Notes: a model not told the origin generated them from the sequence alone. DNA of 63,876 bases from Eledone cirrhosa (GCA_964016885.1 OZ024744.1:85436125-85500000); one strand, 5' to 3'. Shown: positions 36,614 through 49,534, numbered from the stretch's first letter. Made by a program: numbers and translations.

Positions 36614-37419
36614 CAAGGAAAAGCAAATAAAGAAAAAATTTTTTAATAAATTTCTAAAAATTCACTGTACTTACTATATGTGCCTTTACCGCGGTTTCAG
36701 ATCCCAAAACAAATAGATAATCCAAGCGGATTTCTATTGAGAAAGAGATCCTCGTCAGAAGGCTTTTCTCTCTCGGAGAATATAAGATTCCCGAGTTCAA
36801 AATACAAACTGGCGCCATACAAAACTGCCCCAACAAATGAATGATGAAACAATTTTGTCTAGTACCGTGTGCAAAGACTGAAAGCAAGGTGGACAGGTCA
36901 ATCTCTCGCTAGTATAAATAGCAGCCGTTCAAACGATCAAAGGTTTCTCTACCGTTGGGGAAAATAATAATAAAAGTATGTGATCTTGCATGTAAATAAT
37001 ACACATAGAGATACAAGGATAGTCCGACCGTATGCAGGTATGTTTCCTGGATTTGGTGCATGTATTTACACATCAGTTCCAATTTCTTGTAGATCAATAG
37101 ACAGTTCTCAAACAAGATACTGAATGCTTCGAACGAGTACAATTTTCATAGCAATTGGAGACAACTTCTAGCATGTTTCTCTCTTCTTAAAACTTCCCAG
37201 CGAAGTGAAGTAAGACCCCTACATATTCGATTTTAGAGTGACTCAGAAAGTTTATAGATTTTCATTGAAACTTTATTTTCCGTTTAAGCAAATTAAAATA
37301 ACGGCCTTGGAAATTTCACAGGGATGCCCTGTACATGCAGTATATGGATGCTAACATAATGTAGTGAGAACTTTTTTATTTAAGTCAATTACAATAGACC
37401 TGATGAACGACTGAATGCG

Positions 37420-37650
37420 CACGTGTAGTTTTTTTTCTTCCCAATTTTCTTTTCATTTACCCTTGTTCCTTCCTCTTATCACTCTTTACTTTCTATTTAT
37501 TATCTATTTCTAACTCTATCTTCTGATGAAGGACTAGTGCCCGAAACGTTAAGACTCCCTCCCTTCTATTTCAAACGTTTAAACTAATATATTTCTTCCA
37601 TGTACTGTGCCGTTTTTTCCTTATTTTTACTGTTTCTGTTTTCATTTTAC
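37420..37650 (+). mobile_element. Third copy of the minimal-hammerhead repeat
   Basis: tctt CTGATGA a ggac tagt gccc GAAA cg tt aaga at 37519-37554 plus the shared 3' block. Confidence 0.75.
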
Positions 37651-37759
37651 ATGATAGCTGCAAACTCTGCGAAGAGTATTGCAATTGCTTGTCAGATTCA
37701 GATGTGTGACGCTCGGATACGGCTTCTCAAGCCTGCTAGAGACTTGCACTCCTTCGCAC

Positions 37760-40700
37760 ACTAACGACAACTATGGATCTCCCTGGCCTCAAGTCTTGCA
37801 TCAGGTTGCCTTTGAGCCTTCACAATACCGAGATCATAGTTCACTGGTTCTCTTTGAACATGACTGCGACTGTGGCTCCTGAGACCAGATTTGCTCAAGC
37901 AAATCTTTCCATATACAGGGCACTTCAATTCAATTGAGACACCGATCGTTTCGAAAGATACACCAGGGCATTGCTTATGCACATCCCGTTTGATCAGGCT
38001 CGTGCTCTATGCGTCTATCCTCAAAATCATTCACCATTCCACGCCAAGTTTCTTTTTCAAGAGCATGTATCTCCCAGTCAGTCATCATCAAACCAGTTTT
38101 CTTCAGTGGGTCCTTTACACAATCCTTGAATCGGAGCCTTAGCTGTGAGGTGCTCTCTTACCCTCACAAAGCTCGTCATACAAATGTTGTTTTGGAATTC
38201 GATCATCCTCCATTCTGCAGAGGTGCCCGGTCCATCGCAAACGTCGTTGGTGGATAATACTCTCAATGCTCCGACACTCACTTCTCTCAAGGACCTCAAC
38301 ATCACTCACATGCACCTGCCACTTGATACCAAGCATCTTTCTGAGACTCTGCTGGTGAAACCGTTCCAGTCTGTCGATATGCCGTTTGTAGACAACCCAT
38401 GTCTCACATGCATACAGCAAAGCTGACAGTACACATGCAGCATACACTCTCACCTTGGTCCTCATTGTGATTCCTCGCCTGCACCAAAGACGGTCGTTGA
38501 GCCTTCAAAATGATCCACTTGCCTTACTAACACGTAGACCAAATTATACATCCAGAGTGCAGGTCACACTCAGAGTACTCCCCAAACAGACAAATGTGTC
38601 AGCAGCCTTCAGCTTTTGACTGTATAAATATATGGAGGGTTCATTGAAAACTTTATTCGGAGCAGGTTGGTACATGATGACAGTTTTCTCCAGACTGATA
38701 GTCAGTCCCAAAGCACTGCACGCATTGGAAAAAGAAACCATAAGATGTTATATGTCACTCTGGGAGGAGTGTGCAAAGAGATCACAATCATCTGCATACA
38801 GAAATTCTCTGATCAAGGTACTCACTAACTTAGTGTTGGCAGTGAGACACATGAGGTTAAGCAGGTTGCCGGAAGTGCGATATCTGAGATAGATACCGTT
38901 TTGACAATCCTTGAAGGCCATGAAAAACACCATTGCAAATTTCAAGGCAAACAAAGTTGATGCAGGTATATCACCTTGTTTGACACCATTTTCAACCGAG
39001 ATTGCCTCAGACAACTTACCTCCGACCTTTACCCATGCCTGCATGTCATCGTGGAAGAGTTTCAGTATATTCACAAACTTTTCAGGACAGCCCAATCTCT
39101 CCAAAATAACCCACAAAGCCTTCCTATTAACGGTGTCAAATGCTTTGGTCATATCGACAAAAACTTGGTATAAGTCCATGCGTTGCTCAATGCACTTCTC
39201 TTGAAGTTGTTTGGCCGAGAAGATCATATCAACAGTGCCTCTACCATTCCTAAAGCTACATTGGGAATCAGGAAGTATCTCAACAGCAATGTGCTGCATC
39301 AATCTGTCCAACAAAATCCTGCACAAGATCTTCCCAGCCACAGATATCAGTGAAATACTTCTGTACTTGCCACAGTCATCTTTCCTTTGTAAAGTACCAC
39401 GATCAATGCATCTGTCCAATCTTGTGGTCCATTTTCTTCATTCCAAACATTCACAAAGAGATCAGTGAGGCGGTTTAAGAAGTTATCACCAGCACACTTG
39501 AAGATCTCGGCACTCAGTCCATCCATTCCAGGTGAATTTCCGCTGTTTAATTTGGCAATGGCCTTCGCCACGTCATGAAGGAGCATCAGCCGTTGTCAGC
39601 TTTGTAGGTCTGGATGGAATCGACCGGATGAACTCATCATCGATTTCTGATGGTCTGTTGAGGAGCTCATCAAAGTGGTCAGGCCACTTGATCAGGATTT
39701 CCTTCGGATATATGAGCAATTCTTTGCCGTCCCTGGAGCGAAGTGGTGATTTTTGTGGACCGGTTGGACCATACACCTCCCTGAGCAGATTGTATAAGAG
39801 CTTTGTATCATGTCTATCTAAGGCTTTCTGGATTTCATCAGGTTTTCTTTTTCACCAGGTATACTGCATGGCTCTCAATTGATGTCGCACACGTGCCTTG
39901 ATCTGCTTGAAGGTCTGGTCACTCCTGTCAGAACTGTCTCACACAACTATGTTGTCAGCACTTTACGTTTTTATTCAAGTAAGGTCTGGATCACTGCATC
40001 ATTTTCATCGAACCAGTCCTTATGCTTTCTATTGGTATGACCCAAAACTCCAGCATTAACATCATAGACAGTTTTCTTCAATGATTTCCACGTGTTTTCA
40101 TATTCCATGGACTCAAGAGACTTCGACAGCTCAGCTCTGACTTCTTCAGACTTCAGACGAGCCACGTTTAGTTGTTTTGGGAGTTCAATCTTCTACCCCC
40201 TAACTTTGGTTTTCACAACAAATTGAAACTTGGCAGGCACCAGACCATGGTCAGTCCAACATTCCGCAGCTAGTAATACAGGAACCAATGTGATAGCCCT
40301 GACATCACGTTTCCTCGTTATAACACAGTCAAGAAGATGCCACTTCTTGGAACCTGGATGCATCCAAGTTGTCTTATATTTGTCTTTCTGCTGAAAGAGC
40401 GTGTCCCAACAAGATCCAACTCAGCGCACATCTGCAACAGAAGTAGGCCATTGTTATTGCACTTACCTATTCCATGCTTGCCCATCACACTCCAAGCTTC
40501 CCAGTCGTTACCAACACGTGCATTAAAATCACCAAGGATGACAATCTTGTCTGCAAAAGGTATACTATGGATGACCTCTTTCAGAGACATGTAGAAATCT
40601 AGTTTTTCAATATCACCAGAGACACAAAGTGGTTTTGAATCAGAAGGACTCTCATGGACATTGTCGGATCATTGAACCCACAAAGAAGATTTTCCAGCTT

Positions 40701-41050
40701 TGAGACGATTCCATTCCTGACAGCAAATGCGACCCCTGTCTCTCTCTTACAACCCTCTGCTCTACCACTTCAATAGAAGGTATATCCTCCCTTCTGTTCT
40801 GAGAATTGACCCTCACCTGCCAATCTCGTTTCTGAAAGAACAACGATGTCCATGTTATAGCGATTGAGTTCCTTCCACACCAAATCAGATCTTCTTTCAG
40901 GTCGAGTTTCACTGGAGTAAAGTTCTTACATTCCAGCATCCAAAATTCAGAGGTTTGAACTTCTTTGCAGTTGCAGGATGACGACCGGGCCCACGCTGCG
41001 GTGCCATGGCACACCTGCCGGGTCAGGCCCCTTCACAATAAGTTCCAGAG
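37760..41050 (-). mobile_element. Near full-length but degraded RTE (BovB-like) LINE
   Basis: APE motifs (ILGDFNARVG, DH), RT motifs (YRSISL, FVDMTKAFDTVNR, GVKQGD, LYADD), RRLRWTGH and terminal Zn finger across many frameshifts. Confidence 0.92.
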
Positions 41051-41802
41051 CCCTTACTTGCATTGACTTCAAGGTCATCATTTGTCATCAGAGGGTTTGG
41101 TGCACTTTTAGGCTACGGCCAGCCACACGAACTCGTAACAGATCCTGAACAAGCAATGCCTGTGCTTTGAAGGTTTTGTAAGTGTACAAGAAAGGCCTTG
41201 TACACGACCAGTCCCACTCTCTGAGCATCGAAAACACTACCCTAAAAGGAGAACTGGTCAACACTACCATTACATAAATGTAATAAAACATACATTATTA
41301 GCGTTAGCCATACGTCAACATTGATTAAGCGGATTTATTAATGTCGTCAAAGCCGTGTCCATCCCATCTCTTCCTGTTTGTTAGAAAATGTTAATCCTTT
41401 TAAAGACTGTAGAGCTTCGACTTTGGAAAGATTTGACTTCTATTTCTAGCAGGTCGATGAATAAACCTGGTAGACTGCACGACGCCTATGTAAAGAATGT
41501 TAGTAAGGAGTGTAGGGTTGTGTCATCACGATGGGAATGTGTGTTGTTTTTGTTTAGCTTCAAGGCAGCTTACATTTGCATGTTGTGTCCTTCCTTTCTT
41601 TCGAGATGAAAGGTTTGATGTTGGCGGGGAGATTTGGTTGCCATTTCTAACCGGTACGTTAAATAGCAATCCAAACATCCATCAAATTACCCCCTACCAA
41701 TTTAAAGAAGGAAATTAGACAATATCTGATGCGATGCTCATGGCTGGAACGCATTTGATCAAGGGTCTCTTTCATTGGAGTTGACTTAAACAACAACAAC
41801 AA

Positions 41803-41835
<33 letters not shown>

Positions 41836-42949
41836 CGTTCACGTAAAAGCTTCGTCATTAGCTAGTAGCCGTAGTTACAAAGTAAATAGGGCAAAGTGAA
41901 ATTGGTGTGGATGTAGGAAATATAATGAGATTGGAAGCATGCAGGATACGGCACAAGAGGAGAGGCATGAACAAAAGAAAATATGAGGTTGTGATTATAG
42001 GAAGATGTGATATAAGAGACCACAGTGACATAGACAATGTGAAGGAGGTGGGTGGTGAAATCCGGTGCTGGAAGAGGAAAGAAGGTGTAGTAAGAGACAG
42101 CGTAAGGCTACAGAATCGATAAAATGTTGATGCGTATACAGAGTCAGAAAAATGGCGAAAAGGAAGCTGTAGAGGTTAGAAAGAGAGAAGGAATTTTAAG
42201 TGTAAAAAAATGACAAACGTTATGGTGTAATGAAGATTAAAGCGGGAAATATGAACGAGAGGTGTGGATATGTAACGTAGTAAAGATTTAAAAGACAATG
42301 AATAGAAGGAATGGTGGATTGCAAATACTGAACTGGTATTCGAAGGCTGGGGAAAAGCATTGGTCATGTGTCTTGAACGTTTTCTCACGTCGGTGCATAG
42401 TTCTTTCTATGTTACCGCACTATCCGTGTTGATTAAAAACATTCCTTTTTTCTCACCCCATGGAAGGCAATAAAACCACTAAAATACAAGGGGTTATTGA
42501 AAAGGGAGAAATACAAGACAGTGAGAACATAATTCAAGGAGAAAGAAAATATCCATTGATGTTGCTTATGAATTTTTCCAAATTGTAGAGATCAGGAAAA
42601 CAAGAAGCCGGAAGAGAACTCTATAAACGAGAAATAGTAACCAAGTCTCCACAAATCAAAGCTACTCTTTGGAAAAATGGAAGAACACAATGTATTAATT
42701 AGAGCTAAACAAGAAAAAACATTAACAGCAACAACAAGAGATAGTCCAATCAATATGGGACCACGATAAATTTCTCCCTAACATTTCATATACAGGCCTA
42801 GTTTACATACAGATGAAACTTCGGCCAAAGACAGAAACGGCGCAATGTAAGAATCATAGACAAGTGTGACCTCTACGGGGACGATCAACTTGATAGAAAT
42901 AGTATCCCAATTCTCCTCTGATCTTAAGAAGCCCCTGATAAAAATAAGG

Positions 42950-43631
42950 AAGGGCACATTAGTAGACATTAAGGACAGTACAGGACAATACAGGGCGGTA
43001 CAAATGGGCATTTATGCGTGTAAAAAACAAGAAACAGAGGATGTAATAATAGAACAATGAAAAAAATTTCCCAATAGGGGGGAGACTTCCGAGGGACGTT
43101 CGTGGAGAAAGCCCATTAAAAAGCCACAGTGACCCTGACCACCAGGGCAAGTGCCCTCTCCCAGTTTTCCACCTTTAATTCACAGATATATACTCAGAGA
43201 AGGCCCATTCACTCGGGCCATTCTTGCCTCTCTCACCCATCTTTCAACAAAATGCTGGGAAGAGAGCACTTCCCTCTCTACTCTGATTTTCCTTTTCAAA
43301 TGAAATTTGAAAAAGTTAATCAGGGCATCACCGAAGAGGTAAGTGCTCGTCTTCAGCCCTTTCAAAAGTGTCCACCATACTATCTCTTTCGCCATGGCCA
43401 CCAGACAGATAAAAACTGCCTGCCCTTCCTGGCTAAAGGAAGAGGGCGGGGCAATCCTCACGATGGACTCAGCAGATAGCCGGATCCGTCCTACACTCGA
43501 CGGCAGGTGTTCGACATAAACCCACAAGTCAGCAATGCTCGGACAATGGACTACAAGTCAGCAATGCTCGGACACTGGAGCACAAGTCAGCAAAGCTCGG
43601 ACACTGGATCACAAGTCAGCAATGCTCGGAC

Positions 43632-43632
<1 letters not shown>
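42950..43632 (-). mobile_element. 5'-truncated copy of the Tx1-like LINE
   Basis: ORF2 C-terminus (..WVREARMARVNGPSLSIYL) and 3' UTR match 43745-44350; 29-bp tandem repeat at the 5' junction. Confidence 0.92.
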
Positions 43633-43721
<89 letters not shown>

Positions 43722-43982
43722 TTTCTTTATTAACCACAAGGGTTTACATAAAGTAGACATTAAGGACAGTGCAGGACAATGCAGGACGGTACAAATGGGC
43801 ATTTCTGCGTGTAAAAAAAACAAAAACAGAGGAAGTAACAAAAATAACAATGAAAATAACAATGAAAAATTCCCCAATAGGGGGGAGACTTCGGAGGGAC
43901 ATTTGTGGAGAAAGCCCAGTAAAAAGCCACAATGACCCTGACCACCAAGGCAAGTGCCCTCTCCCAGTTTTCCACCTTTAGT

Positions 43983-46900
43983 TTACAGATATATACTCAG
44001 AGTCGGCCCATTCACTCGGGCCATTCTTGCTTCTCTCACCCATCTTTCAACAAAATGCTGGGAAGAGAGCACTTCCTTCTCTACTCTGATTTTCCTTTTC
44101 AAATGAAATTTGAAAAAGTCAATCAGAGCATCACCGAAGAGGTAAGTGCTCGTCTTCAGCCCTTTCAAACGTGTCCACCATACTATCTCTTTCGCCATGG
44201 CCACCAGACAGATAAAAACTGCCTGCCCTTCCCGGCTAAAGGAGGAGGGCGGGGCAATCCTCACGATAGACTCAGATGATAGCTGGATCCGTCCTAAACG
44301 CGACAGCAGGTGTTCGACATAAACCCACAAGTCAGCAATTTTCGGACACTGGACGAGTGCGTGCAGGACGGTTTCGTCGCCCAGCGCGCATCTCGGACAT
44401 GCCCGGCTGACGGCACCTCCATGCCTGTAGAGTTTATCCCGAACTGGCAAGGCTCCTCGGTAGCACTGCCAGGCCAGAGATTTCTGGAAGTTGTCCATAG
44501 GCCCTGGCCCGAAAGTTCTTCCGAAGAGATTGGCTAGTTGATTTTCGTCGACGCCTAGAGTTTCCCCAAGTACGTCGTCGCTCTTCCCCTCCACTAATCC
44601 TCTATAGAACGCCGAGGTGGAGTTTCCACCGATCACATTGCCCGATTGGTCGAGGGCTGTGAGCGCCTGAAGACATTCCAGTCTCCATGCGCTCCCTCTC
44701 GGTCTTCGCTTGACCCAGGACTGCAGCTCCGTCAAGGAAACGAGCTGGGGAAAAACGCGTCTAGCAAACGGCGACCACACCTGATCACCGTCGAGGAAGA
44801 GGTGGAGATGTCGTAGCCTGAGCGCGTGCCTGCGCATCATCAGCCACGGCATGCCCAGCCCTCCACGTAGCGGGTGTTGACAACAGCTGGACCGCCTGAC
44901 CATCGGAGCACGTCCCTTCCACAAAAAGAGAAAGAGCAAACGCTCCAGCGCAGTCAGGCGAGGCTTAGGACAAGGTACGACGGTTAGGCGGTAGCAGATG
45001 ACAGACGCGATGTACGCGTTAGCCACCTCCGCTCGACCTTTCAGGGATAGCTTCCTCTCCGCCCATTTCTGGGTGAGAGAAGCCACCCTGCTCGTCACCT
45101 CGTCCCAGTTTTTGTCCGTCTGGAGGTCCGGACCGAACCAGACCCCTAGCAATTTAACCGGTCCGTCCGTCCAGCGCCCGACGACGCTGTTGGACGGCAT
45201 GGACCTGCCTCTCCAGGTGCCGAGCTGCAGGCCCACTGACTTTTCCTGGTTGATCATTGCTCCTGTCACCGCTTCGTATTCTCTTAGTGTAGTGCCGATC
45301 GCCTCGATGTGTTTGGCGTTCGACACCACTACGGTGACATCGTCCGCATATGCTGACACGGATCTTCCGCATCCTAGTTCGCGCGGGACCCCCCTCAACG
45401 TCTCCAGTTTGTGCAGTAATGGCTCGAGAGTCAATACGTACAAGAGGGACGAGAGGGGACATCCTTGGCAGACCGAGCGCATGATGTTGAACGGTTCCGA
45501 CAGGTGACCGTTCACTCTCACCACAGAGCAGATGTCGCTGTGCATGGCAGCGATCCAGCCTCTGAAGACGGGCCCAAAGCCAGCCGCCCTCAGGACTGCC
45601 GCTAGGTAACGATGGTCGACCCTATCGAAAGCTTTCGACTGATCTAAATTGATCAAGGACCCACCCGTGCCAGGTTCCCTAGCTACCCTCTCTACGATGT
45701 ATCGCATGAGGTGGAGGTTGTCGTGGATGGATCTGTCGGGAATGGCGCATGTCTGCGCCTCTCCCACCAGACCACCAACGACAAGCGCCAACCTCTTTGC
45801 TAGCACCTTGGCCAAAATCTTAAACTCTGTGTTTAGCAGAGTTATGGGCCGGAAATTTTCTATGTTATCCCCCTTGTTCGGATCCTTTCTCAGCAGTGCC
45901 ACCGCTCCTCGGCTCACAGAACTGGGAATTCTCCCGTTCTGTTGCCAGTTGCAGTAGACGTCCGCCAAGAGGCCTCCGAACAAGTCTGGCATCTGTACGT
46001 AAAGTTCATAGGGCAGACCATCCAAACCAGGCGATTTACCCCTTGTGCAGCCAGTCATTGCCTCCCGTACTTCAGCGGCTGTTATCGGCTTTTCGCAACA
46101 CTTCGCCTCAGTGGCCGAGAGCCGCGGCAGTCCGTCGAGGTAGACACTAAAGTCCATCCCTCTACCCGGCCCCCCGCTGCCCCCGAACAGCTGAGCGAAG
46201 TGTCGCTGAAAAGCTTCACACATTTGCCCGGGATCGAGTAGCATGCGCCCGTCGTGGTCCACCAAAGACCGGATCGTGGCTTTGTTGCCACGACGCGCCT
46301 CCGCCACTCGGGCCCATTGAACGGCTTTCGTCCCCTCGTGTCTGAGAGCACGCACCCTAGCTCTGACAACGCAGCCTTCGTGCTTTGCATTGAAGAATTG
46401 GTCAAGGGCCAATTTCGCCGCAAGCACGTCGGTCGCAATGCCTTTGCTAAGCGCATCGTCTAATTTTCTAACTAGTTCTCCCTCTGCTCTATTTTTCTCT
46501 ATTGCTAAAGCCTTACTAAACCTAATCGATTCTATTCTAATCGCTCTTTTCAGAGCAAACCACCACTTGTTGTTGACGATGGCCCCCGTCAACGCCCGCT
46601 TAACTAGTTCGCTAATCCGGTCTCTGTAGGCCTTGCGCGCTGGTAAGGACGCGTTTAGCTTCCAGTAGCCGGGTCCTCGTCTATGAAGCCTATCTAAGTC
46701 AAGCACACAGATCACGAATTTGTGGTCCGTGTAGCTGACTATCTTGAATTGTGGACAGCCTATGCTAGACCTATCTATTTCCCTACAAAATACTCTATCT
46801 AGATATGATCTGGATGACCCTATGCGGTTTGTCCAAGTCCACATTGGCACATTCGGGAAATCCAATCGGTACCTGTCAGACAGTTCAAAACGCCTGAGCA

Positions 46901-47402
46901 GGTTGGTGAGGCTCTTGCACCCTCCACCCCTATCCGCTAATCCCACACAGTCCCAGCGTGCATCTAAGATCCCGTTCCAGTCGCCCACTAACACTAAAGA
47001 GCGCGACGTTCCAAGAAAGGTCTCCAGACGCCGGAAGAAATCAGGCCGCCCTGCTCCTGTCGGGGCATAGACGGCCACTAGCCTGAAAGCTTGCCCGTCT
47101 CCGCTGGTCACGTCCAGCACCACCAGCTTACCCTCTGGGTCCAGGAAGATGGCCCGTATGGCGAGATCCAAACCTCTCCGAAAAAGTACAGCAACTCCTC
47201 CACCGGATCCAGGACGGCTGGGAGATGCGTACACATCGTAGCCGCCGAAGATCGGTGCGAAGGCCCGTGCTTCGGAGATTCTGGTCTCGCTGATGGCCAC
47301 TACATCTATGTTTAGTGACCTGAGGTCGTTGAGCAGGTGACCCTGCTTCCATGACGACCCCAAGCCACGCGCATTTATGCTGCCTATTCTGAGTGAGGTC
47401 AT
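43983..47402 (-). CDS. LINE ORF2: apurinic endonuclease + reverse transcriptase + zinc-binding C-terminus (1139 aa)
   Basis: SINARGL, ISET, VYAP, GDWN, YLDR, TDH (APE); KSPGLDG, RPITLLN, DQSKAFDRVDH, QGCPLS, AYADD (RT); CPRC..ETVLHALVQC. Confidence 0.95.
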   Translation of the reverse strand: MTSLRIGSINARGLGSSWKQGHLLNDLRSLNIDVVAISETRISEARAFAPIFGGYDVYASPSRPGSGGGVAVLFRRGLDLAIRAIFLDPEGKLVVLDVTSGDGQAFRLVAVYAPTGAGRPDFFRRLETFLGTSRSLVLVGDWNGILDARWDCVGLADRGGGCKSLTNLLRRFELSDRYRLDFPNVPMWTWTNRIGSSRSYLDRVFCREIDRSSIGCPQFKIVSYTDHKFVICVLDLDRLHRRGPGYWKLNASLPARKAYRDRISELVKRALTGAIVNNKWWFALKRAIRIESIRFSKALAIEKNRAEGELVRKLDDALSKGIATDVLAAKLALDQFFNAKHEGCVVRARVRALRHEGTKAVQWARVAEARRGNKATIRSLVDHDGRMLLDPGQMCEAFQRHFAQLFGGSGGPGRGMDFSVYLDGLPRLSATEAKCCEKPITAAEVREAMTGCTRGKSPGLDGLPYELYVQMPDLFGGLLADVYCNWQQNGRIPSSVSRGAVALLRKDPNKGDNIENFRPITLLNTEFKILAKVLAKRLALVVGGLVGEAQTCAIPDRSIHDNLHLMRYIVERVAREPGTGGSLINLDQSKAFDRVDHRYLAAVLRAAGFGPVFRGWIAAMHSDICSVVRVNGHLSEPFNIMRSVCQGCPLSSLLYVLTLEPLLHKLETLRGVPRELGCGRSVSAYADDVTVVVSNAKHIEAIGTTLREYEAVTGAMINQEKSVGLQLGTWRGRSMPSNSVVGRWTDGPVKLLGVWFGPDLQTDKNWDEVTSRVASLTQKWAERKLSLKGRAEVANAYIASVICYRLTVVPCPKPRLTALERLLFLFLWKGRAPMVRRSSCCQHPLRGGLGMPWLMMRRHALRLRHLHLFLDGDQVWSPFARRVFPQLVSLTELQSWVKRRPRGSAWRLECLQALTALDQSGNVIGGNSTSAFYRGLVEGKSDDVLGETLGVDENQLANLFGRTFGPGPMDNFQKSLAWQCYRGALPVRDKLYRHGGAVSRACPRCALGDETVLHALVQCPKIADLWVYVEHLLSRLGRIQLSSESIVRIAPPSSFSREGQAVFICLVAMAKEIVWWTRLKGLKTSTYLFGDALIDFFKFHLKRKIRVEKEVLSSQHFVERWVREARMARVNGPTLSIYL

Positions 47403-47437
47403 GTTTAAAATAGAGTGGAAAAGATGGGAAAGTCCAC

Positions 47438-49534
47438 TTACCGTACTTTTGGTAGAGGAGGGATGGTTTTTACATCCCTTTTCACTTGATCGTCTGGTGA
47501 AGGGACCGTTGAATCGTCCCTTCGGCTGGTCGTCGGCTCTTCTAAGAGAATGTCTGAGTATACTCTTCGATTGATGGTTCCTCCTAGGTCCCTGAAATCA
47601 CCAACTGCGTTGGGGAATTTCGTTTTAATATTTGTGTATTGTTTCTGTGCTATTTTTAGCAGTCTTATGTTAGTTGGCGTTTTGATTGGTGCTGGTATTA
47701 TGTAGTCCTGTTGTGAAATGTCTGTGTGTTCAATTATGTAAGTCATTAGTTTCTTGTTGTGTGTATTTATTGCCGTGCATTTGTTTTTCTGGGGGTGGGG
47801 TGTGGTTCTGCTATTTTCTTGTCGTTGTTGCTGGGTGTGTGTGTTTTGTTGTTGTGTTTGCGATGTTGGTGCTTGTGGTGGTGGTGTTGAAGGTGTTGTT
47901 GCCGGTGGGGTTGTCGCCGGTGGTGATGGTGGCGCTAGTGTGGGTGGTGATGATGTTGGTGTTGTTGCTGCTGTGGGTCTCTTTGCAGTAGACTTTACCC
48001 TTTTCTCATTTCTTTCCTCACTTTTCAAAGGCGACGATGCGCTGCTTCTGCGTTTGTGCCTTCTTACGACCTTTTGCCATCTCTCTCCCACCTCACACTC
48101 CATGTCTGATTCTGTGAGGTCGGGGAGGGGTACCAACTCCACTCTTTCACTTGTTGTTGTTGGTGATGTTTGCACTGGAGTCTCTGTTGCAGCTGCATTT
48201 GGTATTGCTGTTGTTGTTGTTAGTATTTCCACTGCTGCTGCTGTTTTTGATTTCCGTGGAGTGGGTATGGGTGCCACGGGCCTATCGTTCCTGGTTGCCG
48301 CTTGTCCTGTTGCTGGTAGCCGTGGAGCCGGATTCGGAAGGAGGGGGGTTTTCTCCTTTCTCAGGGTCTTCTCGTTGCAGAAGGCCCTGAGGTGAGTCTT
48401 CGATCCACAGCGAAAGCATTTCGGGCGTTTGCCCTCAACACTTATGGGAAGTTGAGTGCCGTTATCGAAGTCTATCACATCCGGGATAGCTTCGATGCAC
48501 TCCTGGTTGGTTTGGATTAGCATCTCAATGGAGGAGCCGACCCAATCTTCTCTTACTTTTTTCTGTACTTGCAGTACAGTTGTTTTGTCCTCGATTCCGA
48601 CGAGGACAGACGCGGCCAGCCAAGAAGGGGTCATTCCGGGGGGGACGTGGGTCAGTTTGACCCTCACAATTTTTTGCCCACAGTAGGAGGGCACCAACAC
48701 CATTTCCTCGCTCCTTAGGGTCACTACTGATTGGGCCTTTGCCTCCTGGGGTGTGGCAAAAAGTACGTCTACGATGGCATATTTTTTGCCTCGGGTGATG
48801 TGCGTTTTCCGCTGCCACACAGACCCCAAGGCTTTTTGTATTTGGGCCTCTGTGGCTCTTTCCACCCTACGGGATTTTGTACTTACTGTACGGTACGTGA
48901 CCGTACAGTGCACTTGGGTTTCGAAAAAATTTTTCGCTGCCTTGCAGATTGCTCGGTGTCCGTTCTTTGTCACCATCTTCTTCGCTTCCTCTAATTCCTC
49001 ATTTGTTATGAGGATTGTTTCCAAATTTTTCGCAATACCTGCAAATGAGATTGGTTTTTCTCTGCTGTTGTTGTTGTCGTCAGAGCTGCTGGTACTTTTG
49101 TTGTTGCTGCAGGTACTACGACTACTGCCTCCGCCGCTGTTGCTGTGGTTGTTGTTGGTGTTGCTGCTGCTAATGCTGTTGTTGTTTATGCTGCTGGTGA
49201 TGCTGTTGCGGCTGCTACTGTTGTTTTCATTGTCACTGTTGCTGTTGTTATTACGGCTGCTACTGCTATTATTCCTGACGTCAGACGAATGAACTGGGTT
49301 TTCGTATTTCCCGCACACCTGTTTCGTCGCTGTCGTCGTCGTCGTGGAGAAACCTTGCACGCTTTGCACGAGACTTTTCTTTTCTTTCGTCGCTTGCGAA
49401 AGAGAAGGGAGGGAGAGAGACACATTTAAAGAAGGGAGGGAGAGAGACAATCTTCTCTCTGCTGTAGTGATGATTGAGGAAGAAGAAGACGGAATGAGTG
49501 GGAGTGACGTATGAAATTTCTTTTTGGTAGCCAT
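47438..49534 (-). CDS. LINE ORF1 nucleic-acid-binding protein with CCHC zinc knuckle (~698 aa)
   Basis: ATG at 49534 (MATKKK) conserved in the second copy; CFRCGSKTHLRAFC knuckle; N/S- and P/T-rich low-complexity tracts. Confidence 0.88.
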   Translation of the reverse strand: MATKKKFHTSLPLIPSSSSSIITTAERRLSLSLPSLNVSLSLPSLSQATKEKKSLVQSVQGFSTTTTTATKQVCGKYENPVHSSDVRNNSSSSRNNNSNSDNENNSSSRNSITSSINNNSISSSNTNNNHSNSGGGSSRSTCSNNKSTSSSDDNNNSREKPISFAGIAKNLETILITNEELEEAKKMVTKNGHRAICKAAKNFFETQVHCTVTYRTVSTKSRRVERATEAQIQKALGSVWQRKTHITRGKKYAIVDVLFATPQEAKAQSVVTLRSEEMVLVPSYCGQKIVRVKLTHVPPGMTPSWLAASVLVGIEDKTTVLQVQKKVREDWVGSSIEMLIQTNQECIEAIPDVIDFDNGTQLPISVEGKRPKCFRCGSKTHLRAFCNEKTLRKEKTPLLPNPAPRLPATGQAATRNDRPVAPIPTPRKSKTAAAVEILTTTTAIPNAAATETPVQTSPTTTSERVELVPLPDLTESDMECEVGERWQKVVRRHKRRSSASSPLKSEERNEKRVKSTAKRPTAATTPTSSPPTLAPPSPPATTPPATTPSTPPPQAPTSQTQQQNTHTQQQRQENSRTTPHPQKNKCTAINTHNKKLMTYIIEHTDISQQDYIIPAPIKTPTNIRLLKIAQKQYTNIKTKFPNAVGDFRDLGGTINRRVYSDILLEEPTTSRRDDSTVPSPDDQVKRDVKTIPPLPKVR

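Noticed and set aside
42802-42851. ttacat a CAGATGA..GAAA cggcgca atgtaa hammerhead candidate
   Set aside because: Stem I is plausible but the core, stem II and cleavage triplet are all degenerate
43523-43632. 29-bp repeats as a CRISPR array
   Set aside because: No spacers; sequence derives from the LINE ORF2
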